Source: Neoechinorhynchus agilis
Lineage: Eukaryota; Animalia; Acanthocephala
Assembly: GCA_051530055.1 (NCBI GenBank)
Contig: CM121341.1
Coordinates: 15,230,784 to 15,294,783 of the forward strand
DNA length: 64,000 bases
Direction of reading: 5' to 3'
Both the position numbers and the translations under genes were made by a program. Below, piece after piece: positions 15,001 through 29,407 of the stretch (positions are counted from its first letter, which is position 1; each line of letters starts with the position of its first letter). Below the pieces are notes generated by a model, which was not told the origin of the DNA, made no database searches, and saw nothing but the letters and a program-made list of their open reading frames with translations.

Positions 15001-18000
15001 GCCTTCCCGGCGATTAATCCGTATTAAAATTGTAGGACAAATCGTGGCGGACGGCATGTCTCGGAGAGCTAAGTAAAAAATATTCATATAAAAAGTATAA
15101 ACAGTTCAAAAATGTAAGATGTTTATTGGCACCATTTGAATACTTTACAAATGGCTTCCTAACATCCTCTGAGTATTCTTTGCCTTCCCGGCGATTAATC
15201 CGTATTAAAATTGTAGGACAAATCGTGGCGGACGGCATGTCTCGGAGAGCTAAGTAAAAAATATTCATATAAAAAGTATAAAAAGTTCAAAAATGTAAGA
15301 TGTTTATTGGCACCATTTGAATACTTTACAAATGGCTTCCTAACATCTTCTGAGTATTCTTTGCCTTCCCGGCGATTAATCCGTATTAAAATTGTAGGAC
15401 AAATCGTGGCGGTCGGCATGTCTCGGAGAGCTAAGTAAAAAATATTCATATAAAAAGTATAAAGAGTTCAAAAATGTAAGATGTTTATTGGCACCATTTG
15501 AATACTTTACAAATGGCTTCCTAACATCCTCTGAGTATTCTTTGCCTTCCCGGCGATTAATCCGTATTAAAATTGTAGGACAAATCGTGGCGGACGGCAT
15601 GTCTCGGAGAGCTAAGTAAAAAATATTCATATAAAAAGTATAAACAGTTCAAAAATGTAAGATGTTTATTGGCACCATTTGAAAAGTTTACAAATGGCTT
15701 CCTAACATCTTCTGAGTATTCTTTGCCTTCCCGGCGATTAATCCGTATTAAAATTGTAGGACAAATCGTGGCGGACGGCATGTCCCGGAGAGCTAAGTAA
15801 AAAATATTCATATAAAAAGTATAAACAGTTCAAAAATGTAAGATGTTTATTGGCACCATTTGAATACTTTACAAATGGCTTCCTAACATCCTCTGAGTAT
15901 TCTTTGCCTTCCCGGCGATTAATCCGTATTAAAATTGTAGGACAAATCGTGGCGGACGGCATGTCTCGGAGAGCTAAGTAAAAAATATTCATATAAAAGT
16001 ATAAAAAGTTTAAAAAATGTAAGATGTTTATTGGCACCATTTGAATACTTTACAAATGGCTTCCTAACATCTTCTGAGTATTCTTTGCCTACCCGACGAT
16101 TAATCCGTATTAAAATTGTGGGACAAATCGTGGCGGTCGGCATGTCTCTTTTTAGCTATGGTTCAAATCTTCAACGAAAAAGTATAAAAAGTTCAAAAAA
16201 AAGTAAGATATTTATTCCCACCATTTGAATACTTTACAAATGGCTTCCTAACATCTTCTGGGTATTATTTCCCTTCACGGCGATTAATCCGTATTAAAAT
16301 TGTAGGACAAATCGTGGTGGACGACATGTCTCGGAGAGCTAAGTAAAAAATATTCATATAAAAAGTATAAACAGTTCAAAAATGTAAGATGTTTATTGGC
16401 ACCATTTGAATACTTTACAAATGGCTTCCTAACATCCTCTGAGTATTCTTTGCCTCCCGGCGATTAATCCGTATAAAAATCGTGGGATAAATCGTGGCGA
16501 TCGGGATGCCTTTTTAGAGCTATGGTTCAAATATTCAACGAAAATGTATAAACGGTTTAAAAAATGTAAGATGTTTATTGGCACCATTTGAATACTTTAC
16601 AAATGGCTTCCTAACATCCTCTGAGTATTCTTTGCCTTCCCGGCGATTAATCCGTATTAAAATTGTAGGACAAATCGTGGCGGACGGCATGTCTCGGAGA
16701 GCTAAGTAAAAAATATTCATATAAAAAGTATAAAAAGTTTAAAAAATGTAAGATGTTTATTGGCACCATTTGAATACTTTACAAATGGCTTCCTAACATC
16801 TTCTGAGTATTATTTCCCTTCACGGCGATTAATCCGTATTAAAATTGTAGGACAAATCGTGGCGGACGGCATGTCTCGGAGAGCTAAGTAAAAAATATTC
16901 ATATAAAAAGTATAAACAGTTCAAAAATGTAAGATGTTTATTGGCACCATTTGAAAAGTTTACAAACGGCTTCCTAACATCTTCTGAGTATTCTTTGCCT
17001 TCCCGGCGATTAATCCGTATTAAAATTGTAGGACAAATCGTGGCGGACGGCATGTCCCGGAGAGCTAAGTAAAAAATATTCATATAAAAAGTATAAAAAG
17101 TTTAAACAATGTAAGATGTTTATTGGCACCATTTGAAAAGTTTACAAATGGCTTCCTAACATCTTCTGAGTATTCTTTGCCTTCCCGGCGATTAATCCGT
17201 ATTAAAATTGTAGGACAAATCGTGGCGGTCGGCATGTCTCTTTTTAGCTACGGTTTAAATCTTCAACGAAAAAGTATAAAAAGTTCAAAAAAAAGTAAGA
17301 TATTTATTCCACCATTTGAATACTTTACAAATGGCTTCCTAACATCTTCTGGGTATTATTTCCCTTCACGGCGATTAATCCGTATTAAAATTGTAGGACA
17401 AATCGTGGTGGACGACATGTCTCGGAGAGCTAAGTAAAAAATATTCATATAAAAAGTATAAACAGTTCAAAAATGTAAGATGTTTATTGGCACCATTTGA
17501 ATACTTTACAAATGGCTTCCTAACATCCTCTGAGTATTCTTTGCCTTCCCGGCGATTAATCCGTATAAAAATCGTGGGATAAATCGTGGCGATCGGGATG
17601 CCTTTTTAGAGCTATGGTTAAAATATTCAACGAAAATGTATAAACGGTTGAAAAAATGTAAGATGTTTATTGGCACCATTTGAATACTTTACAAATGGCT
17701 TCCTAACATCCTCTGAGTATTCTTTGCCTTCCCGGCGATTAATCCGCATAAAAATCGTTGGATAAATCGTGGCGCACGGCATGTCCCGGAGAGCAAAGTA
17801 AAAAATATTCATATAAAAAGTATAAAAAGTTTAATCAATGTAAGATGTTTATTGGCACCATTTGAAAAGTTTACAAACGGCTTCCTAACATCTTCTGAGT
17901 ATTCTTTGCCTTCCCGGCGATTAATCCGTATTAAAATTGTAGGACAAATCGTGGCGGTCGGCATGTCTCGGAGAGCAAAGTAAAAAATATTAATATAAAA

Positions 18001-21000
18001 AGTATAAAAAGTTTAATCAATGTAAGATGTTTGTTGGCACCATTTGAATACTTTACAAATGGCTTCCTAACATCCTCTGAGTATTCTTTGCCTTCCCGGC
18101 GATTAATCCGTATTAAAATTGTAGGACAAATCGTGGCGGACGGCATGTCTCGGAGAGCTAAGTAAAAAATATTCATATAAAAAGTATAAACAGTTCAAAA
18201 ATGTAAGATGTTTATTGGCACCATTTGAAAAGTTTACAAATGGCTTCCTAACATCTTCTGAGTATTCTTTGCCTTCCCGGCGATTAATCCGTATTAAAAT
18301 TGTAGGACAAATCGTGGCGGACGGCATGTCTCGGAGAGCTAAGTAAAAAATATTCATATAAAAAGTATAAAGAGTTCAAAAATGTAAGATGTTTATTGGC
18401 ACCATTTGAATACTTTACAAATGGCTTCCTAACATCTTCTGAGTATTCTTTGCCTTCCCGGCGATTAATCCGTATTAAAATTGTAGGACAAATCGTGGCG
18501 GTCGGCATGTCTTTTTAGAGCTAAGGTACAAATCTTCAACGAAAAAATATAAAAAGTTCAAAAAAATGTAAGATATTTATTCGCACCATTTGAATACTTT
18601 ACAGATGGCTTCCTAACATCCTCTGAGTATTCTTTGCCTTCCCGGCGATTAATCCGTATTAAAATTGTAGGACAAATCGTGGCGGACGGCATGTCTCGGA
18701 GAGCAAAGTAAAAAATATTCATATAAAAAGTATAAAAAGTTTAATCAACGTAAAATGTTTATTGGCACCATTTGAAAAGTTTACAAACAGCCTCCTAACA
18801 TCTTCTGAGTATTCTTTGCCTTCCCGGCGATTAATCCGTATTAAAATTGTTGGACAAATCGTGGCGGTCGGCATGTCTCTTTTTAGCTATAGTTCAAATC
18901 TTCAACGAAAAAGTATAAAAAGTTCAAAAAAAAGTAAGATATTTATTCCCACCATTTGAATACTTTACAAATGGCTTCCTAACATCTTCTGGGTATTATT
19001 TCCCTTCACGGCGATTAATCCGTATAAAAATCGTGAGATAAATCGTGGCGATCGGGATGCCTTTTTAGAGCTATGGTTCAAATATTCAACGAAAATGTAT
19101 AAACGGTTGAAAAAATGTAAGATGTTTATTGGCGCCATTTGAAAAGTTTACAAACGGCTTCCTAACATCTTCTGAGTATTTTTTGCCTTCCCGGCGATTA
19201 ATCCGTATTAAAATTGTAGGACAAATCGTGGCGGACGGCATGTCTCGGAGAGCTAAGTAAAAATATTCATATAAAAAGTATAAACAGTTCAAAAATGTAA
19301 GATGTTTATTGGCACCATTTGAATACTTTACAAATGGCTTCCTAACATCCTCTGAGTATTCTTTGCCTTCCCGGCGATTAATCCGTATTAAAATTGTAGG
19401 ACAAATCGTGGCGGACGGCATGTCTCGGAGAGCTAAGTAAAAAATATTCATATAAAAAGTATAAACAGTTTAAAAAATGTAAGATGTTTATTGGCACCAT
19501 TTGAATACTTTACAAATGGCTTCCTAACATCCTCTGAGTATTCTTTGCCTTCCCGGCGATTAATCCGTATTAAAATTGTAGGACAAATCGTGGCGGTCGG
19601 CATGTCTCTTTAGAGCTAAGGTACAAATATTCAACGAAAAAGTATAAAAAGTTCAAAAAAATGTAAGATGTTTATTGGCACCATTTGAATACTTTACAAA
19701 TGGCTTCCTAACATCCTCTGAGTATTCTTTGCCTTCCCGGCGATTAATCCGTATTAAAATTGTAGGACAAATCGTGGCGGACGGCATGTCTCGGAGAGCT
19801 AAGTAAAAAATATTCATATAAAAAGTATAAACAGTTCAAAAATGTAAGATGTTTATTGGCACCATTTGAAAAGTTTACAAACGGCTTCCTAACATCTTCT
19901 GAGTATTCTTTGCCTTCCCGGCGATTAATCCGTATAAAAATCGTGGGATAAATCGTGGCGATCGGGATGCCTTTTTAGAGCTATGGTTCAAATATTCAAC
20001 GAAAATGTATAAACGGTTGAAAAAATGTAAGATGTTTATTGGCACCATTTGAATACTTTACAAATGGCTTCCTAACATCCTCTGAGTATTCTTTGCCTTC
20101 CCGGCGATTAATCCGTATTAAAATTGTAGGACAAATCGTGGCGGACGGCATGTCTCGGAGAGCTAAGTAAAAAATATTCATATAAAAAGTATAAACAGTT
20201 CAAAAATGTAAGATGTTTATTGGCACCATTTGAATACTTTACAAATGGCTTCCTAACATCTTCTGAGTATTATTTCCCTTCACGGCGATTAATCCGTATT
20301 AAAATTGTAGGACAAATCGTGGCGGACGGCATGTCTCGGAGAGCAAAGAAAAAATATTAATATAAAAAGTATAAAAGTTTAATCAATGTAAGATGTTTAT
20401 TGGCACCATTTGAAAAGTTTACAAACGGCTTCCTAACATCTTCTGAGTATTCTTTGCCTTCCCGGCGATTAATCCGTATTAAAATTGTAGGACAAATCGT
20501 GGCGGACGGCATGTCTCGGAGAGCTAAGTAAAAAATATTCATATAAAAAGTATAAACAGTTCAAAAATGTAAGATGTTTATTGGCACCATTTGAATACTT
20601 TACAAATGGCTTCCTAACATCCTCTGAGTATTCTTTGCCTTCCCGGCGATTAATCCGTATTAAAATTGTAGGACAAATCGTGGCGGACGGCATGTCTCGG
20701 AGAGCTAAGTAAAAAATATTCATATAAAAAGTATAAACAGTTCAAAAATGTAAGATGTTTATTGGCACCATTTGAATACTTTACAAATGGCTTCCTAACA
20801 TCTTCTGAGTATTATTTTTCTTCATGGCGATTAATCCGTATTAAAATTGTAGGACAAATCGTGGCGGACGGCATGTCTCGGAGAGCTATGTAAAAAATAT
20901 TCATATAAAAAGTATAAACAGTTCAAAAATGTAAGATGTTTATTGGCACCATTTGAAAAGTTTACAAACGGCTTCCTAACATCTTCTGAGTATTCTTTGC

Positions 21001-24000
21001 CTTCCCGGCGATTAATCCGTATTAAAATTGTAGGACAAATCGTGGCGGACGGCATGTCCCGGAGAGCTAAGTAAAAAATATTCATATAAAAAGTATAAAA
21101 AGTTTAATAATGTAAAATGTTTATTGGCACCATTTGAAAAGTTTACAAACAGCTTCCTAACATCTTCTGGGTATTATTTCCCTTCACGGCGATTAATCCG
21201 TATTAAAATTGTATGACAAATCGTGGCGGACGGCATGTCTCGGAGAGCTAAGTAAAAAATATTCATATAAAAAGTATAAACAGTTCAAAAATGTAAGATG
21301 TTTATTGGCACCATTTGAATAATTTACAAACGGCTTCCTAACATCCTCTGAGTATTCATTGCCTTCCCGGCGATTAATCCGTATAAAAATCGTGGGATAA
21401 ATCGTGGCGATCGGGATGCCTTTTTAGAGCTATGGTTCAAATATTCAACGAAAATGTATAAACGGTTGAAAAAATGCAAGATGTTTATTTTCACCATTTG
21501 AATACTTTACAAATGGCTTCCTAACATCCTCTGAGTATTCTTTGCCTTCCCGACGATTAATCCGTATTAAAATTGTAGGACAAATCGTGGCGGACGGCAT
21601 GTCTCGGAGAGCTAAGTAAAAAATATTCATATAAAAAGTATAAAAAGTTTAAAAAATGTAAGATGTTTTTGGCACCATTTGAATACTTTACAAACGGCTT
21701 CCTAACATCTTCTGAGTATTCTTTGCCTTCCCGGCGATTAATCCGTATTAAAATTGTAGGACAAATCGTGGCGGACGGCATGTCCCGGAGAGCTAAGTAA
21801 AAAATATTCATATAAAAAGTATAAACAGTTCAAAAATGTAAGATGTTTATTGGCACCATTTGAATACTTTACAAATGGCTTCCTAACATCCTCTGAGTAT
21901 TCTTTGCCTTCCCGGCGATTAATCCGTATTAAAATTGTAGGACAAATCGTGGCGGACGGCATGTCTCGGAGAGCTAAGTAAAAAATATTCATATAAAAAG
22001 TATAAACAGTTCAAAAATGTAAGATGTTTATTGGCACCATTTGAATACTTTACAAATGGCTTCCTAACATCCTCTGAGTATTCTTTGCCTTCCGGCGATT
22101 AATCCGTATTAAAATTGTAGGACAAATCGTGGCGGACGGCATGTCTCGGAGAGCTAAGTAAAAAATATTCATATAAAAAGTATAAACAGTTCAAAAATGT
22201 AAGATGTTTATTGGCACCATTTGAATACTTTACAAATGGCTTCCTAACATCTTCTGAGTATTCTTTGCCTTCCCGGCGATTAATCCGTATTAAAATTGTA
22301 GGACAAATCGTGGCGGTCGGCATGTCTCTTTTAGCTATGGTTCAAATCTTCAACGAAAAAGTATAAAAAGTTCAAAAAAAGTAAGATATTTATTCGCACC
22401 ATTTGAATACTTTACAAATGGCTTCCTAACATCCTCTGAGTATTCTTTGCCTTCCCGGCGATTAATCCGTATTAAAATTGTAGGACAAATCGTGGCGGAC
22501 GGCATGTCTCGGAGAGCTAAGTAAAAAATATTCATATAAAAAGTATAAACAGTTCAAAAATGTAAGATGTTTATTGGCACCATTTGAATACTTTACAAAT
22601 GGCTTCCTAACATCCTCTGAGTATTCTTTGCCTACCCGACGATTAATCCGTATTAAAATTGTAGGACAAATCGTGGCGGTCGGCATGTCTCTTTTTAGCT
22701 ATGGTTCAAATATTCAACGAAAAAGTATAAAAAGTTCAAAAAAAAGTAAGATATTTATTTCCACCATTTGAATACTTTACAAATGGCTTCCTAACATCTT
22801 CTGGGTATTATTTCCCTTGACGGCGATTAATCCGTATTAAAATTGTAGGACAAATCGTGGCGGACGGCATGTCTCGGAGAGCTAAGTAAAAAATATTCAT
22901 ATAAAAAGTATAAAAAGTTTAAAAAATGTAAGATGTTTTTGGCACCATTTGAATACTTTATAGATGGCTTCCTAACATCTTCTGAGTATTATTTCCCTTC
23001 ACGGCGATTAATCCGTATTAAAATTGTAGGACAAATCGTGGCGGACGGCATGTCTCGGAGAGCTAAGTAAAAAATATTCATATAAAAAGTATAAAGAGTT
23101 CAAAAAAGTAAGATGTTAATTGGCACCATTATAAAAGTTTACAAACGGCTTCCTAACATCCTCTGAGTATTCTTTGCCTTCCCGGCGATTAATCCGTATT
23201 AAAATTGTAGGACAAATCGTGGCGGACGGCATGTCTCGGAGAGCTAAGTAAAAAATATTCATATAAAAAGTATAAACAGTTCAAAAATGTAAGATGTTTA
23301 TTGGCACCATTTGAAAAGTTTACAAACGGCTTCCTAACATCTTCTGAGTATTCTTTGCCTTCCCGGCGATTAATCCGTATTAAAATTGTAGGAGAAATCG
23401 TGGCGGACGGCATGTCCCGGAGAGCTAAGTAAAAAATATTCATATAAAAAGTATAAAAAGTTTAAAAATGTAAGATGTTTATTGGCACCATTTGAATACT
23501 TTACAAATGGCTTCCTAACATCCTCTGAGTATTCTTTGCCTTCCGGCGATTAATCCGTATTAAAATTGTAGGACAAATCGTGGCGGACGGCATGTCTCGG
23601 AGAGCTAAGTAAAAAATATTCATATAAAAAGTATAAAAAGTTCAAAAAATGTAAGATGTTTATTGGCACCATTTGAATACTTTACAAATGGCTTCCTAAC
23701 ATCTTCTGAGTATTCTTTGCCTTCCCGGCGATTAATCCGTATTAAAATTGTAGGACAAATCGTGGCGGACGGCATGTCTCGGAGAGCTAAGTAAAAAATA
23801 TTCATATAAAAAGTATAAACAGTTCAAAAATGTAAGATGTTTATTGGCACCATTTGAATACTTTACAAATGGCTTCCTAACATCCTCTGAGTATTCTTTG
23901 CCTTCCCGGCGATTAATCCGTATTAAAATTGTAGGACAAATCGTGGCGGACGGCATGTCTCGGAGAGCTAAGTAAAAAATATTCATATAAAAAGTATAAA

Positions 24001-27000
24001 CAGTTCAAAAATGTAAGATGTTTATTGGCACCATTTGAATACTTTACAAATGGCTTCCTAACATCCTCAGTATTCTTTGCCTTCCCGGCGATTAATCCGT
24101 ATTAAAATTGTAGGACAAATCGTGGCGGACGGCATGTCTCGGAGAGCTAAGTAAAAAATATTCATATAAAAAGTAAAACAGTTCAAAAATGTGAATGTTG
24201 CACCATTTGAATACTTTACAAATGGCTTCCTAACATCTTCTGGGTATTATTTCCCTTCACGGCGATTAATCCGTATTAAAATTGTAGGACAAATCGTGGC
24301 GGACGGCATGTCTCGGAGAGCTAAGTAAAAAATATTCATATAAAAAGTATAAACAGTTCAAAAATGTAAGATGTTTATTGGCACCATTTGAATACTTTAC
24401 AAATGGCTTCCTAACATCTTCTGAGTATTCTTTGCCTACCCGACGATTAATCCGTATTAAAATTGTAGGACAAATCGTGGCGGTCGGCATGTCTCTTATA
24501 GCTATGGTTCAAATATTCAACGAAAAAGTATAAAAAGTTCAAAAAAAGTAAGATATTTATTCGCACCATTTGAATACTTTACAAATGGCTTCCTAACATC
24601 CTCTGAGTATTCTTTGCCTTCCCGGCGATTAATCCGTATTAAAATTGTAGGACAAATCGTGGCGGACGGCATGTCTCGGAGAGCTAAGTAAAAAATATTC
24701 ATATAAAAAGTATAAACAGTTCAAAAATGTAAGATGTTTATTGGCACCATTTGAATACTTTACAAATGGCTTCCTAACATCCTCTGAGTATTCTTTGCCT
24801 ACCCGACGATTAATCCGTATTAAAATTGTAGGACAAATCGTGGCGGTCGGCATGTCTCTTTTTAGCTATGGTTCAAATATTCAACGAAAAAGTATAAAAA
24901 GTTCAAAAAAAAGTAAGATATTTATTTCCACCATTTGAATACTTTACAAATGGCTTCCTAACATCTTCTGGGTATTATTTCCCTTGACGGCGATTAATCC
25001 GTATTAAAATTGTAGGACAAATCGTGGCGGACGGCATGTCTCGGAGAGCTAAGTAAAAAATATTCATATAAAAAGTATAAAAAGTTTAAAAAATGTAAGA
25101 TGTTTTTGGCACCATTTGAATACTTTATAGATGGCTTCCTAACATCTTCTGAGTATTATTTCCCTTCACGGCGATTAATCCGTATTAAAATTGTAGGACA
25201 AATCGTGGCGGACGGCATGTCTCGGAGAGCTAAGTAAAAAATATTCATATAAAAAGTATAAAGAGTTCAAAAAAGTAAGATGTTAATTGGCACCATTATA
25301 AAAGTTTACAAACGGCTTCCTAACATCCTCTGAGTATTCTTTGCCTTCCCGGCGATTAATCCGTATTAAAATTGTAGGACAAATCGTGGCGGACGGCATG
25401 TCTCGGAGAGCTAAGTAAAAAATATTCATATAAAAAGTATAAACAGTTCAAAAATGTAAGATGTTTATTGGCACCATTTGAAAAGTTTACAAACGGCTTC
25501 CTAACATCTTCTGAGTATTCTTTGCCTTCCCGGCGATTAATCCCTATTAAAATTGTAAGAGAAATCGTGGCGGACGACATGTCCCGGATAGCTAAGTAAA
25601 AAATATTCATATAAAAAGTATAAAAAGTTTAAAAAATGTAAGATGTTTATTGGCACCATTTGAATACTTTACAAACGGCTTCCTAACATCTTCTGAGCAT
25701 TCTTTGCCTTCCCGGCGATTAATCCGTATTAAAATTGTAGGACAAATCGTGGCGGACGGCATGTCCCGGAGAGCTAAGTAAAAAATATTCATATAAAAAG
25801 TATAAACAGTTCAAAAATGTAAGATGTTTATTGGCACCATTTGAATACTTTACAAATGGCTTCCTAACATCCTCTGAGTATTCTTTGTCCCGGCGATTAA
25901 TCCGTATTAAAATTGTAGGACAAATCGTGGCGGACGGCATGTCTCGGAGAGCTAAGTAAAAAATATTCATATAAAAAGTATAAAAAGTTTAAAAAATGTA
26001 AGATGTTTTTGGCACCATTTGAATACTTTACAAACGGCTTCCTAACATCTTCTGAGCATTCTTTGCCTTCCCGGCGATTAATCCGTATTAAAATTGTAGG
26101 ACAAATCGTGGCGGACGGCATGTCCCGGAGAGCTAAGTAAAAAATATTCATATAAAAAGTATAAACAGTTCAAAAATGTAAGATGTTTATTGGCACCATT
26201 TGAATACTTTACAAATGGCTTCCTAACATCCTCTGAGTATTCTTTGCCTTCCGGCGATTAATCCGTATTAAAATTGTAGGACAAATCGTGGCGGACGGCA
26301 TGTCTCGGAGAGCTAAGTAAAAAATATTCATATAAAAAGTATAAACAGTTCAAAAAATGTAAGATGTTTTTGGCACCATTTGAATACTTTACAAATGGCT
26401 TCCTAACATCTTCTGAGTATTCTTTGCCTTCCCGGCGATTAATCCGTATTAAAATTGTAGGACAAATCGTGGCGGACGGCATGTCTCGGAGAGCTAAGTA
26501 AAAAATATTCATATAAAAAGTATAAACAGTTCAAAAATGTAAGATGTTTATTGGCACCATTTGAATACTTTACAAATGGCTTCCTAACATCCTCTGAGTA
26601 TTCTTTGCCTTCCGGCGATTAATCCGTATTAAAATTGTAGGACAAATCGTGGCGGACGGCATGTCTCGGAGAGCTAAGTAAAAAATATTCATATAAAAAG
26701 TATAAAAAGTTCAAAAAATGTAAGATGTTTATTGGCACCATTTGAATACTTTACAAATGGCTTCCTAACATCTTCTGAGTATTCTTTGCCTTCCCGGCGA
26801 TTAATCCGTATTAAAATTGTAGGACAAATCGTGGCGGTCGGCATGTCTCTTTTTAGCTATGGTTCAAATCTTCAACGAAAAAGTATAAAAAGTTCAAAAA
26901 AAGTAAGATATTTATTCCCACCATTTGAATACTTTACAAATGGCTTCCTAACATCTTCTGGGTATTATTTCCCTTCACGGCGATTAATCCGTATTAAAAT

Positions 27001-29302
27001 TGTAGGACAAATCGTGGCGGACGGCATGTCTCGGAGAGCTAAGTAAAAAATATTCATATAAAAAGTATAAACAGTTCAAAAATGTAAGATGTTTATTGGC
27101 ACCATTTGAATACTTTACAAATGGCTTCCTAACATCCTCTGAGTATTCTTTGCCTTCCCGGCGATTAATCCGTATAAAAATCGTGGGATAAATCGTGGCG
27201 ATCGGGATGCCTTTTTAGAGCTATGGTTAAAATATTCAACGAAAATGTATAAAAGGTTGCAAAAATGTAAGATGTTTATTGGCACCATTTGAATACTTTA
27301 CAGATGGCTTCCTAACATCTTCTGGGTATTATTTTCCTTCACGGCGATTAATCCGTATTAAAATTGTAGGACAAATCGTGGCGGACGGCATGTCTCGGAG
27401 AGCTAAGTAAAAAATATTCATATAAAAAGTATAAAAAGTTTAAAAAATGTAAGATGTTTATTGGCACCATTTGAATACTTTACAAATGGCTTCCTAACAT
27501 CCTCTGAGTATTCTTTGCCTTCCCGGCGTTTAATCCGTATTAAAATCGTGGGATAAATCGTGGCGATCGGGACGCCCTTTTAGAGCTATGGTTCAAATAT
27601 TAAACGAAAATGTATAAACGGTTGAAAAAATGTAAGATGTTTTTGGCACCATTTGAATACTTTACAAATGGCTTCCTAACATCGTCTGAGTATTATTTCC
27701 CTTCACGGCGATTAATCCGTATTAAAATTGTAGGACAAATCGTGGCGGACGGCATGTCTCGGAGAGCTAAGTAAAAAATATTCATATAAAAAGTATAAAC
27801 AGTTCAAAAATGTAAGATGTTTATTGGCACCATTTGAATACTTTACAAATGGCTTCCTAACATCCTCTGAGTATTCTTTGCCTTCCCGGCGATTAATCCG
27901 TATTAAAATTGTAGGACAAATCGTGGCGGACGGCATGTCTCGGAGAGCTAAGTAAAAAATATTCATATAAAAAGTATAAACAGTTCAAAAATGTAAGATG
28001 TTTATTGGCACCATTTGAATACTTTACAAATGGCTTCCTAACATCCTCTGAGTATTCTTTGCCTTCCCGGCGATTAATCCGTATTAAAATTGTAGGACAA
28101 ATCGTGGCGGACGGCATGTCTCGGAGAGCTAAGTAAAAAATATTCATATAAAAAGTATAAACAGTTCAAAAATGTAAGATGTTTATTGGCACCATTTGAA
28201 AAGTTTACAAACGGCTTCCTAACATCTTCTGAGTATTCTTTGCCTTCCCGGCGATTAATCCGTATTAAAATTGTGGGACAAATCGTGGCGGACGGCATGT
28301 CTCTGGGAGCCAAAGAGAAAATCTTAAGAGAAAAAGAATAAAAGTTTAAAAAGTGTAAGATATTTATTCGTACCATTTGAATACTTTACAAATGGCTTCC
28401 TAACATCTTCTGAGTATTCTTTGCCTTCCCGGCGATTAATCCGTATTAAAATTGTAGGACAAATCGTGGCGGTCGGCATGTCTTTTAGAGCTAAGGTACA
28501 AATATTCAACGAAAAGTATAAAAAGTTCAAAAATGTAAGATGTTTATTGGCACCATTTGAATACTTTACAAATGGCTTCCTAACATCCTCTGAGTATTCT
28601 TTGCCTTCCCGGCGATTAATCCGTATTAAAATTGTAGGACAAATCGTGGCGGACGGCATGTCTCGGAGAGCTAAGTAAAAAATATTCATATAAAAAGTAT
28701 AAACAGTTCAAAAATGTAAGATGTTTATTGGCACCATTTGAAAAGTTTACAAACGGCTTCCTAACATCTTCTGAGTATTCTTTGCCTTCCCGGCGATTAA
28801 TCCGTATTAAAATTGTAGGACAAATCGTGGCGGACGGCATGTCTCTGGGAGCCAAAGAGAAAATCTTAAGAGAAAAAGAATAAAAGTTTAAAAAGTGTAA
28901 GATATTTATTCGTACCATTTGAATACTTTACAAATGGCTTCCTAACATCCTCTGAGTATTCTTTGCCTTCCCGGCGATTAATCCGTATTAAAATTGTAGG
29001 ACTAATCGTGGTGGACAGCATGTCTCGGAGAGCTAAGTAAAAAATATTCATATAAAAAGTATAAAGAGTTCAAAAATGTAAGATGTTTATTGGCACCATT
29101 TGAATACTTTACAAATGGCTTCCTAACATCCTCTGAGTATTCTTTGCCTTCCCGGCGATTAATCCGTATAAAAATCGTGGGATAAATCGTTACGGACGGG
29201 ATGTCTCGGAGATTTAAAATCTTCAGAGAAAAAGAATAAAAAATTTAAGGCACCATTTGAATAGTTTACAAATGTGTTCCTAAAATTGTCTCAGTATTTT
29301 TT
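1..29302. repeat. 181-bp tandem satellite array (~160 monomers), continuing off the left edge of the window
   Basis: Monomer ATTAATCCGTATTAAAATTGTAGGACAAATCGTGGCGGACGGCATGTCTCGGAGAGCTAAGTAAAAAATATTCATATAAAAAGTATAAACAGTTCAAAAATGTAAGATG...CCTTCCCGGCG repeats head-to-tail. Identical spurious ORFs recur at 850, 1031, 1212, 1393 and 1574 (181-bp spacing). The last monomer decays at ~29,160-29,302. Confidence 0.99.
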
Positions 29303-29407
29303 GGGGATGAATTATCTATATGCCATCGACCTTAACTATTATATGCCCACTATCTCCCTTTTCCCGACAAACATTTCGGCCTTTTTTATTTCGCTTTTGA
29401 TCTCGAA

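Noticed and set aside
24060-24215. Monomer with several small indels (CATCCTCAGT, AAAGTAAAACA, TGTGAATGTTGCACC)
   Set aside because: Clustered 1-4 nt losses look like low-quality consensus rather than biology; this cannot be distinguished without reads.
195-29051. About 150 near-identical 60-144 aa ORFs (MNIFYLALRDMPSATICPTILIRINRREGKEYSEDVRKPF...)
   Set aside because: They are translations of the satellite monomer. They overlap one another in shifting frames, have no family motifs, and the variants change length arbitrarily.
1-29302. CRISPR-like reading of the array (conserved part plus variable part)
   Set aside because: The variable segments are homologous variants, not unique spacers. 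The context is eukaryotic and there are no cas genes.
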